DNA from: Gaiellaceae bacterium
Lineage (GTDB): Bacteria > Actinomycetota > Thermoleophilia > Gaiellales > Gaiellaceae
Length of the DNA: 64,000 bases
Assembly: GCA_036503495.1 (NCBI GenBank)
Contig: DASXWV010000101.1
Coordinates: forward strand, 2,023-66,022
Direction of reading: 5' to 3'
Part shown: in pieces, positions 52,694-59,369 of the stretch
Numbering within the stretch: the first letter of the stretch is position 1
Layout of the letters: each line of letters opens with the position of its first letter
Notes under the pieces: generated by a model
What the model was told of the DNA's origin: nothing
Databases searched by the model: none
What the model saw: the letters and a program-made list of their open reading frames with translations, nothing else
Program-made: the position numbers and the translations under genes

Positions 52694-53666
52694 CGCCGCT
52701 CCCCGCCTCGACGCCCCCGATCCGCGCGAGGAACAGGCCGCGCCGCGCGAACTCGGCCTCGAGCGAGAGCGCCTTGTCGCCGGGCAGTGCGACGAGCAGC
52801 CCGCCCGCCGTCTGCGCGTCGTAGCCGAGCGCGAGGAGCTCCTCCGGCACGCCGTCGGCGTCAACCGGGGCGAACTCGCGGTTGCGATGGTCGCCGCCCG
52901 TGCGCACGCCGGCGCGTGCATGCTCGAGCGCCTCGCCGAGCGGCGGGAGTGCGTCGATCCGGATGTGCACGCCGCTGCGCTCGGCCATCTCGTGCGCGTG
53001 TCCGAACAACCCGAAGCCGGTCACGTCGGTGACCGCGCTCGGCGCGAACGCGCGCACCACGTCGGCTGCGTCCTTGTTCAGCGTCGTCATCCACGCGACC
53101 GCCTCCGCGACGTCGCCCTTCGCCGCGAGGACGAGGCCGGTGCCGAGCGGCTTCGTCAGGTAGAGGGCGTCGCCGGGCCGCGCGGTGCTCTTCGCCCAGA
53201 TCCCGTCGGGGTGGACGGTGCCGACGACGGCGAGGCCGTACTTCGGCTCGTCGTCGCGGATCGTGTGGCCGCCGGCGAGCAGGCCGCCGGCCGCTCGCAC
53301 CTGCTCGTCCGCCGCGGCGAAGACGGCGGCGAGCGTCTCGTCGGGCAGCTCCTCCGGGAAGGCGGCGATCGAGAGGGCGAGCAGCGGCGCGCCGCCCATA
53401 GCGAAGACGTCGTTCAGCGCGTTCGTCGCCGCGATTCGTCCGAAGGCCGCCGGGTCGTCGACGAGCGGCGGGAAGAAGTCGAGCGTGAAGACGATCGCCC
53501 GTTCGTCGTCGAGCTTGTAGACGGCGGCGTCGTCGGCGGGCGCGAGGCCGACGAGCAGGTTCTCGGCGTCGACGGGAACGAAGCCCTCGAGCAGCTTCTG
53601 GAGTCGAGCCGCCGAGTACTTTGCGGCGCAGCCGCCTCCGACGGTCAGGCTCGTCAGCGAGGTCAT
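52665..53666 (-). CDS. selD: Selenide, water dikinase (selenophosphate synthetase), Cys-type
   Basis: 333-aa protein from the ATG at 53666 (MTSLTSLTVGGGCAAKYS). The glycine-rich Cys/Lys loop 'GGGCAAK', 'DDAAVY', 'TLDFF.P.VDDP..FG.IAA.NA.NDVFAMGG' and 'GGHT'. Cys occupies the position that is Sec in some SelD proteins. Confidence 0.85.
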   Translation of the reverse strand: MTSLTSLTVGGGCAAKYSAARLQKLLEGFVPVDAENLLVGLAPADDAAVYKLDDERAIVFTLDFFPPLVDDPAAFGRIAATNALNDVFAMGGAPLLALSIAAFPEELPDETLAAVFAAADEQVRAAGGLLAGGHTIRDDEPKYGLAVVGTVHPDGIWAKSTARPGDALYLTKPLGTGLVLAAKGDVAEAVAWMTTLNKDAADVVRAFAPSAVTDVTGFGLFGHAHEMAERSGVHIRIDALPPLGEALEHARAGVRTGGDHRNREFAPVDADGVPEELLALGYDAQTAGGLLVALPGDKALSLEAEFARRGLFLARIGGVEAGSGVSVTARAAA

Positions 53667-53798
53667 GGAGGAAGAGTACGAAGACGGCGACGTCCTCTGG
53701 CGTCGCCGCCTTCTTAGGGGAGAGGAGGACATCCGTGAGGACGCCCTCGCGCAGGTGTTCGGGCTGGGCGGCGGTTGACCTTCTGATAGAGAACGCAT

Positions 53799-54506
53799 AT
53801 GGATCGCGCGGCGCTCGTCACCGGCGGCTCCTCCGGCATCGGACGGGCGATCGCGGGGATGCTGAGCGACGAGGGCTACGCGCTGACGCTCGTGTCGCGG
53901 CGGGCAGAGAAGGTGCAGGCCGCCGCCGCCGAGCTGGGCGCCGCGGCCGTCGCCGCCGACGTCGGGAACGCGGATGAGTGCGCGCGCGTGGTCGAGGAGC
54001 ACCGCGAGCGGTTCGGCAGGCTCGACGTGCTCGTCAACTCCGCCGGCGTCGGCATCGCCGGCACGGTCGAGCAGCTGCCGGCCAAGCATTTCGACCTGCA
54101 GCTCGGCGTCAACCTGCGCGGCCTGTTCCTCGTGACGCAGGCGGCGATCCCGCTGCTGCGCGAGTCGCACGGGCTGATCGTCAATCTCGCGTCGATCGCG
54201 GGAACGTTGCCGACGCCCGGGCTCGCGACCTACGGCGCAACGAAGGCGGCGGTGATCTCGCTGACGAGGTCACTCAACGAGGAGCTCGACGGCGACGGTG
54301 TCCGCGCGATCGCGATCTGTCCCGGCTTCGTCGACACGCCGATGGCGGAGTGGAGCGGGCTGCCCGGCGAGGAGATGATCCAGCCCGAGGACTGTGCGGA
54401 GGTCGTGCGGATGTGCCTCCGGCTGTCGCCGCACGCGCGCGTCCCGCAGGTGGTGATCGAGCGGATGGGCTCGCGCAACGGCGACGTGCCCGTCAGCGGC
54501 GCGTGA
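53799..54506 (+). CDS. SDR-family oxidoreductase
   Basis: 235-aa ORF with 'ALVTGGSSGIGRA', 'NSAG' and 'YGATKAA'. Confidence 0.9.
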   Translation: MDRAALVTGGSSGIGRAIAGMLSDEGYALTLVSRRAEKVQAAAAELGAAAVAADVGNADECARVVEEHRERFGRLDVLVNSAGVGIAGTVEQLPAKHFDLQLGVNLRGLFLVTQAAIPLLRESHGLIVNLASIAGTLPTPGLATYGATKAAVISLTRSLNEELDGDGVRAIAICPGFVDTPMAEWSGLPGEEMIQPEDCAEVVRMCLRLSPHARVPQVVIERMGSRNGDVPVSGA

Positions 54507-55131
54507 CGCGGTAGCGCACGTGCGTCGCCTGCGGCGTCGCGATCGTCTCGACCAGGTCGAGTGACGACGGCGTTGCGTCGACGAACAGCGGCGCGCCCGC
54601 GCCGAGCAGCACCGGCGCAACGTGCAGCTGCAGCTCGTCGAGCAAGCCGAGCTCGTAGGCCTGCCGGACGGCGCTGCCGCCGCCGGCGACCTGGACGTCC
54701 CGGCCGTTCGCCGCTTCGCGCGCCTGCGCGACCGCGGCGCCGACGCCGTCGGTGACGAAGGTGAACGTCGTGCCCGTGAGCTGGAGCGGCTCGCGCGGGT
54801 GGCTCGTGACGACGAACACCGGCGCGTGGAACGGCGGCTCCTCGCCCCACCAGCCGTTCGCGTTGGGATCGCCGTCCCACGGCCCCTCGCCGCCGCTGAA
54901 CATCCGGCGACCCATCACGTACGCGCCCGTCGACTCGGCGATCTCCTCGACCCAGCGCGACTCCGGCCCCTCCTCGCCGCCGTCCATTCCGTGCGGGCGC
55001 CGCCAGGCGGCGAGGCGGAACGCCCATTCGTGCAGCTGCATGCCGCCGATGCCGAGCGGGTCCTCGAGGGTCGGGTCGGGCCCGGCGACGAAGCCGTCGA
55101 GCGAGATCGAGATGTCGGTGTATGTCCTCAT
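54493..55131 (-). CDS. Dihydrofolate-reductase-family protein (RibD C-terminal domain)
   Basis: 212-aa ORF with 'ISISLDGFVAGPD', 'YVMGRRMF' and 'LLDELQLHV.PVLLG.G'. Confidence 0.85.
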   Translation of the reverse strand: MRTYTDISISLDGFVAGPDPTLEDPLGIGGMQLHEWAFRLAAWRRPHGMDGGEEGPESRWVEEIAESTGAYVMGRRMFSGGEGPWDGDPNANGWWGEEPPFHAPVFVVTSHPREPLQLTGTTFTFVTDGVGAAVAQAREAANGRDVQVAGGGSAVRQAYELGLLDELQLHVAPVLLGAGAPLFVDATPSSLDLVETIATPQATHVRYRVTRR

Positions 55132-55384
55132 GTCAATGAAGACCGTCGCTCGCGGCGAAACTCATCGGCGGCGAAGGAGACGGCGGATCCCGTGCAGCGG
55201 CTCGGGCGCACAGCCATCAGCCGAGTATGGACAACTGCCGCGCGCCGCGGGCCCGCGGCAGCATCCGCCGTCTCATACGCGCGAGGTAAGCCCACGGCTT
55301 ACCGAGCGCCGAGGCGTGCAGCGATGCGTCAGCACCGCTGCACGCAACAAGCCGGTCCATCGCCCAACAAGCCCTCAGCACGAA

Positions 55385-55454
55385 GCGCGCGGAAGACCGC
55401 GCTCTTCCGCGCGCGCAGTTCCTTTCCCACCGGCGCGCGCCCCGCGCGCGCCGG
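55385..55454 (-). terminator. Two tandem GC hairpins immediately 3' of the UbiB-like gene
   Basis: 55430..55454 has a 10-bp stem 'ccggcgcgcg'/'cgcgcgccgg' that starts 2 nt after the stop codon. 55385..55414 has a 12-bp perfect stem 'gcgcgcggaaga'/'tcttccgcgcgc'. Confidence 0.45.
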
Positions 55455-55456
55455 CA

Positions 55457-57055
55457 CTAAAGCTCGCCCGGCGTCCTGATGATCTTCCAGATCATGTAGA
55501 CGCCGAGCACCACGGCGAGCGCGAACATGACGATGCCGACCCACTCGAAACGGTGCACGCGGACGATGATCGACGATGCGAGCAGCAGCGCGGCGACGAT
55601 GATCGAGGCGCCGACGCGGTTCGCGATCGAGCGGAGGTTGTGCTCGAGCTCACCCAGCCCGGTCGGCTGGATGCCGATCTTGAGCGTGCCCTGCTCCACC
55701 TCGTTCAGCACGTGGCCGATGCGCCGCGGCAGCCGCGTCAGCGGATCGAGCTGCGTGTAGAGGTACGCGAAGAGACGGTTCGGCTCGAGGCGCCGCTCGG
55801 CCTCGACGAGCATCACCTCGATCGCCTCCTCCTCCATCAGACCGATCGGGTCCAGCTCGGGATCGAGGTGCCGGGCGATCGAGTCGGCCTGCGCGAGCGT
55901 CTTGCCGACGAGCGCGAAGCTCGTCGGCAGCGCGATGTTGTGCGCGAGCGCGATCCGCTGCAGGTCGGCGAGGGACTCGCCGGCCTGGATCCCCGACAGC
56001 GGCCGCCAGTGGAAGCGCGGCAGCTTGCGGCGCACCTCGTGCACGAACCCCGCCTGATCGGAATTCACGTCGGTGAGCGAGAGGCCGATGATCAGATCCG
56101 CGACGTCGTCCGCACGGTTCTGCGCCAGCGCGAGCAGGAGGAGCGACAGTCCGCGCCGCGTGTCGTCGTCGAGCCGGCCAAGCAGGCCGAAGTCGAGCAG
56201 CGCGAGTCGCCCGTCGTCGGTCAGCAGGATGTTGCCGACGTGCGGGTCGGCGTGGTAGACGCCCTCGACGACGACCTGCCGCACGTAGGCGCTGAAGAAC
56301 TGCCGCGCCAGATCGCTCGCGAGCTGGGGTGCGAGCGAATGGCCCGCGGTGACCTTCGCGCCGTCGATCCACTCGAGGACGAGCACGCGCTCGGTCACGT
56401 ACGGCCGGATCACCTGCGGCACGATGATCCGCTCGTAGTCGCTGACGAGCTGCGCGATCAGCTCGGTGTTGTGCGCCTCCTCGACGAAGTCGAGCTCCTG
56501 GAGCAGGTGCACCTCGAGCTCGTCCGCGAGCGCCTCGACCTGCAGCAGCTGCGCCGTCTCCGAATGCCCGCCGACGAGCGACGCCGTCGAGCGCAGCACG
56601 CCGAGGTCGAGCTCGACCTGCTCGACGATGCCCGGCCGCCGCACCTTGACGACGACCTCACGGCCGCTCTTCAGCAGCGCACGGTGGGTCTGCGCGATCG
56701 ATGCGGTCGCGAGCGGCTCGGGATCGACGCTCGCGAAGACGTCGTCGCCGAGCTCCGCGCGGATCGTCGCATCGACGTCGACGAACGGCACCGGCGGCAC
56801 CTCGTCGACGAGATGCGAGAGCTCCTCGATGTAGATGTCCGGCAGCAGGTCGGGCCGCGACGAGAGGAGCTGCCCGAGCTTGATATAGGTGGTCCCGAGC
56901 TCCTCGAGCGCCTCGCGAAAGCCGCGCGCGCCCTCACGCGTCGCCTGCCGGCTGCCGCGCACGCCGATTTCCGCGAGCACGCGGCGGATGCCGCTGCGCC
57001 TTGCGACCCTCGTCACGTGCAGCGCACGACGGGTGCGGTCCAGGCGTGCGCCCAC
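55457..57055 (-). CDS. ABC1/UbiB-family atypical kinase
   Basis: 532-aa ORF with 'FIKLGQ..S.RPDLLP', 'ASIAQTHRA', 'HADPHVGN', 'LDFG' and two C-terminal TM helices. Confidence 0.9.
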   Translation of the reverse strand: MGARLDRTRRALHVTRVARRSGIRRVLAEIGVRGSRQATREGARGFREALEELGTTYIKLGQLLSSRPDLLPDIYIEELSHLVDEVPPVPFVDVDATIRAELGDDVFASVDPEPLATASIAQTHRALLKSGREVVVKVRRPGIVEQVELDLGVLRSTASLVGGHSETAQLLQVEALADELEVHLLQELDFVEEAHNTELIAQLVSDYERIIVPQVIRPYVTERVLVLEWIDGAKVTAGHSLAPQLASDLARQFFSAYVRQVVVEGVYHADPHVGNILLTDDGRLALLDFGLLGRLDDDTRRGLSLLLLALAQNRADDVADLIIGLSLTDVNSDQAGFVHEVRRKLPRFHWRPLSGIQAGESLADLQRIALAHNIALPTSFALVGKTLAQADSIARHLDPELDPIGLMEEEAIEVMLVEAERRLEPNRLFAYLYTQLDPLTRLPRRIGHVLNEVEQGTLKIGIQPTGLGELEHNLRSIANRVGASIIVAALLLASSIIVRVHRFEWVGIVMFALAVVLGVYMIWKIIRTPGEL

Positions 57056-57103
57056 GTCGAGCAGATGTCCGCGTTGGCCGCCCAGGAAACACCGGACGGC
57101 CCC

Positions 57104-57162
57104 CTAACCGCCGCGCGACTCCCGCGCGACGGTTAGTGGGACAGCGCCTAGCGCTGCCCCAC
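57104..57162 (-). terminator. Two adjacent hairpins 3' of the 36-aa sORF
   Basis: 57136..57162 has the stem 'gtgggacagcgc'/'gcgctgccccac' with one mismatch, abutting the stop codon. 57104..57136 has 'ctaaccg..cgcgcg'/'cgcgcg..cggttag'. Confidence 0.4.
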
Positions 57163-57272
57163 TAGATGATCCAACCGCCGTCGTTCGGCCCGAACGGCTT
57201 GAAGCAGAAGCCGAGATAGAAGGCCAGAAGTGCGGCGAACACGAGCAGGAAGATGAGCCGCGCTTTTGTCAT
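57162..57272 (-). CDS. 36-aa hydrophobic pro-peptide-like sORF (MTKARLIFLLVFAALLAFYLGFCFKPFGPNDGGWII)
   Basis: Not in the ORF track; translated by hand. The ATG is preceded by a strong Shine-Dalgarno 'GAGAGGAGGTG' at 8-nt spacing. It has a basic N-terminus, a hydrophobic core and a polar tail. It lies 37 nt downstream of, and on the same strand as, the HTH-TPR regulator gene. Confidence 0.5.
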   Translation of the reverse strand: MTKARLIFLLVFAALLAFYLGFCFKPFGPNDGGWII

Positions 57273-57311
57273 GTGTCGTCACCTCCTCTCAGCGTTTGAT
57301 CAATACCGGGA

Positions 57312-58655
57312 TTAGAAGCGGACGTCCTGGAGAGCCTCGGCCGCCGTGCGGTAGAGGTGTGCTGCAAGCCTGTCGTCGCCGCGCTTCGCGGCGAGGTCGC
57401 CGCGCGCGACCCACACGGCCGCGCGATGGCTGGCGGAGCCGAGCTGCTCGAACGTCGCCTCGGCGGCGACGAACGACTGCTCCGCTTCGTCGAGCATGCC
57501 CCGCTCGAGGTGCGCGCGCCCGAGCACCAGCTGGGCGTTGCCGACCTCGTCGAGGTAGTCCTCGTGGCCTTCGAGCAGCCGAAGCGCATGCTCGGCCTGC
57601 TCGGCGGCCTTCGCGGGATCCCCCGTGCGCAGGTTGATCGTCGCGAGCGACGAGACGGCCTGCGCGGCGTCCTGATCGAGCCCGTTGTCGAGCGCGATCG
57701 AGAACGCCTCCTTCAGCTGGGCGACTGCGTCCTCGGTCTTGCCGAGGAGGAAGTTGAGCGTGCCGAGGTTGTTCGTCAGCCGGCCGACGTGCACCCGGTC
57801 GGCGAGCTCCTCGTACGCGGCGCGGGCGCGCTCGGCGTACGTCCGCGCGAGCACCCAGTGCCCTTCGCGGTCGGCGACGAGCGACGCCTGGAAGAACGCG
57901 GCGCCGATCGTGCGGGGATCGTCGGCGTCTTCGGCGAGCTGCAGCGCGCGCTCGATGTCCTCGCGCGCGGCCTCGTAGTCGCGCATCCGGCGCCAGCAGC
58001 GCGAGCGCCAGGAGAGGATGCTCGAGCGGAGCGAGTCGGACGGCATCCCCGACCGCTCCGACAGCGCCAGGGCCTCATTGAGCAGGCCGAGTGCCGTCTG
58101 GATGCTGTTCAGCTGATAGCGGCAGACGCCGAGCGCGTAGAAGACTTCCGCGCGCTCGAGATCGGAGAACGAGCCGCCTTCGACGATGCCGCGGGCGTCG
58201 TTCAGGAGGTCGAGACCCTCACGGAGCCGGCCGAGGCGCATGCGCGTCTTGCCGGCGCCGACGAGCGCGCGCACGGCGAGCTCGGGGACGCCCATCGAGC
58301 GCGCCTGCGGGACGAGCGACTCGTACTCGACATCCGCCTCTTCGTTCCGCGCGGCCTCGAACAGCGCCTCCGCGCGTGCGAGCGCCCCTTCGAGGCGGCC
58401 CCGTTCGTCGGTCGCGACACCGTTGGCGAGGAAGCCCGCGTCGACGCCGAGGCGCGCCGCGAGCCACTCGATCGTCTCGCGCGTCGGGCGCGTCTTGCCG
58501 CGCTCGATCTGCGACACATATTCCTTGGAGAACCGCTCGCCCGCGAGCTCGCTCTGCGTCAGCCCGGCCGCGACACGAAGCTGGCGGAGGCGCTCGCCGA
58601 GGCGAAGACCCGTCTGGGCGGCGCTGCGGGTGCGAGTTGCGGCGTTCTCGTTCAT
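57312..58655 (-). CDS. XRE-type HTH + TPR-repeat transcriptional regulator (447 aa)
   Basis: ATG at 58655 (MNENAATRTRS). 'GERLRQLRVAAGLTQSELA.....EYVSQIERGKTRP....IEWLAARLGV' followed by TPR-like repeats. Paralogous to 38319..39644. Confidence 0.85.
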   Translation of the reverse strand: MNENAATRTRSAAQTGLRLGERLRQLRVAAGLTQSELAGERFSKEYVSQIERGKTRPTRETIEWLAARLGVDAGFLANGVATDERGRLEGALARAEALFEAARNEEADVEYESLVPQARSMGVPELAVRALVGAGKTRMRLGRLREGLDLLNDARGIVEGGSFSDLERAEVFYALGVCRYQLNSIQTALGLLNEALALSERSGMPSDSLRSSILSWRSRCWRRMRDYEAAREDIERALQLAEDADDPRTIGAAFFQASLVADREGHWVLARTYAERARAAYEELADRVHVGRLTNNLGTLNFLLGKTEDAVAQLKEAFSIALDNGLDQDAAQAVSSLATINLRTGDPAKAAEQAEHALRLLEGHEDYLDEVGNAQLVLGRAHLERGMLDEAEQSFVAAEATFEQLGSASHRAAVWVARGDLAAKRGDDRLAAHLYRTAAEALQDVRF

Positions 58656-58752
58656 GCGGCTTGGTTCACCAAAATGGAACTGCTCCTCTCCGGCATCCCC
58701 CGGGCGGGGCATGTTTGCCAGGGAAATCGGTGAACCGGAGCATAGAGCAAAT

Positions 58753-58773
58753 CACTTGACCGAGCTACTTGAC
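58753..58773. promoter_or_regulatory. Direct repeats CACTTGAC / TACTTGAC (GTCAAGT[G/A] on the minus strand), candidate regulator binding sites
   Basis: Two copies 14 nt apart, about 100 nt upstream of the HTH-TPR start. The second copy overlaps the -35 hexamer of the plus-strand promoter. They share the core with the palindrome at 38264..38276. Confidence 0.4.
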
Positions 58774-58797
58774 TGATCGGGACATGGCGCCTATAGT
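58769..58797 (+). promoter_or_regulatory. Near-consensus sigma70-type promoter (TTGACT, 17 nt spacer, TATAGT)
   Basis: -35 at 58769..58774, a spacer of exactly 17 nt, and -10 at 58792..58797. This is exceptional AT-rich consensus in a GC-rich background. Confidence 0.55.
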
Positions 58798-58803
58798 CAG
58801 GCC

Positions 58804-58975
58804 ACCTTGCAACCAGGCCGGACGCCAGGCTCGGGTTTGCAGGGGGCGCACCGGAATATCCGGTGACGGGCAGGAGGCGCGGCTGGGCCGCAGAGCCGAG
58901 CTTCCGAAGCCCGCACGGGATCGGAGCGCCCTTCGAAGAGGCCCCCGGAGCCGCAGCCGGGGGCCTCTTCGCTAT
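58804..58975 (+). ncRNA. Candidate structured RNA of about 170 nt (stand-alone sRNA or cis-regulatory leader of the YjbR-like gene), class unknown
   Basis: Bounded by the consensus promoter and a 15-bp terminator hairpin. Contains further stems (ccttgcaa/ttgcaggg, caccgg-aatat-ccggtg). The only ORF through it is Arg-rich shadow sequence. Confidence 0.4.
58934..58971 (+). terminator. Strong hairpin (cgaagaggcccccgg - agccgcag - ccgggggcctcttcg)
   Basis: 15-bp perfect stem with an 8-nt loop, followed by 'ctatctatgg' (a weak U-tract). It ends 15 nt before the YjbR-like ATG. Confidence 0.6.
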
Positions 58976-58985
58976 CTATGGCCGC

Positions 58986-59369
58986 ATGCCCGTGACGGTC
59001 GACGAGGTGCGGGAGTTCGCCGCGACCTTGCCGCGCGCGTACGAGGCGTTCGTGCGCGGCCGGATCAAGCTGCGGGTCGGCCAGATCGTCTTCGTCGCGT
59101 TCTCGAAGGACGGCACCGAGATGGGGCTGGGCTTCCCGAAGGAGTGGCGCGACGCCGCCGTCCAGTCCGAGCCGGCGACGTACTCGCTGCCGCGGGAGAG
59201 CGACCTACGGTTCAACTGGATCCAGGTCCGCCTCGCCGCGCTCGACCGCGCGCAGATGGAGGACCTCGTCGAGGACGCGTGGGCGCTCTGCGTCCCGAAG
59301 TTCCTGATCGAATCTAGGCGGCGAGCTGCTCGGCTGCGAGCTGCCGCTCGCGGCGACGGCTCGGCTTGA
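58986..59369 (+). CDS. MmcQ/YjbR-family protein
   Basis: 127 aa from the ATG at 58986 (MPVTVDEVREFAATLP). 'F.V..KIFV/A F' and 'W..V.L......E.L..LVEDAW..CVPK' fit the YjbR pattern. There is no Shine-Dalgarno. The C-terminus overlaps the convergent MFS gene. Confidence 0.65.
   Translation: MPVTVDEVREFAATLPRAYEAFVRGRIKLRVGQIVFVAFSKDGTEMGLGFPKEWRDAAVQSEPATYSLPRESDLRFNWIQVRLAALDRAQMEDLVEDAWALCVPKFLIESRRRAARLRAAARGDGSA

Noticed and set aside
52600-53800. tRNA-Sec, a SECIS element or a selenoprotein gene next to selD.
   Set aside because: I found no sequence of about 95 nt with an 8-bp acceptor stem, a UCA anticodon and a long variable arm. I also found no ORF broken by an in-frame TGA that continues with coding-like sequence.
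58804-58975. Assigning the candidate RNA to a known class (SRP/4.5S, 6S, cobalamin, TPP, glycine, ZTP, c-di-GMP, guanidine-I/II/III or 6C).
   Set aside because: The hallmark strings I can recall for these classes are absent or out of order (for example GGAAG..AGCA for SRP, GCCACUG for B12, CUGAGA for TPP, C-rich loops for 6C). 'ccggacg' resembles guanidine-III only over 7 nt.
58769-59317. 182-aa plus-strand ORF covering the candidate RNA and running out of frame through the yjbR-like gene.
   Set aside because: About 25% of residues are Arg (judged by eye) and there are no motifs. It starts inside the -35/-10 promoter and reads through a 15-bp hairpin. The alternative frame from 58986 gives a YjbR-like protein.
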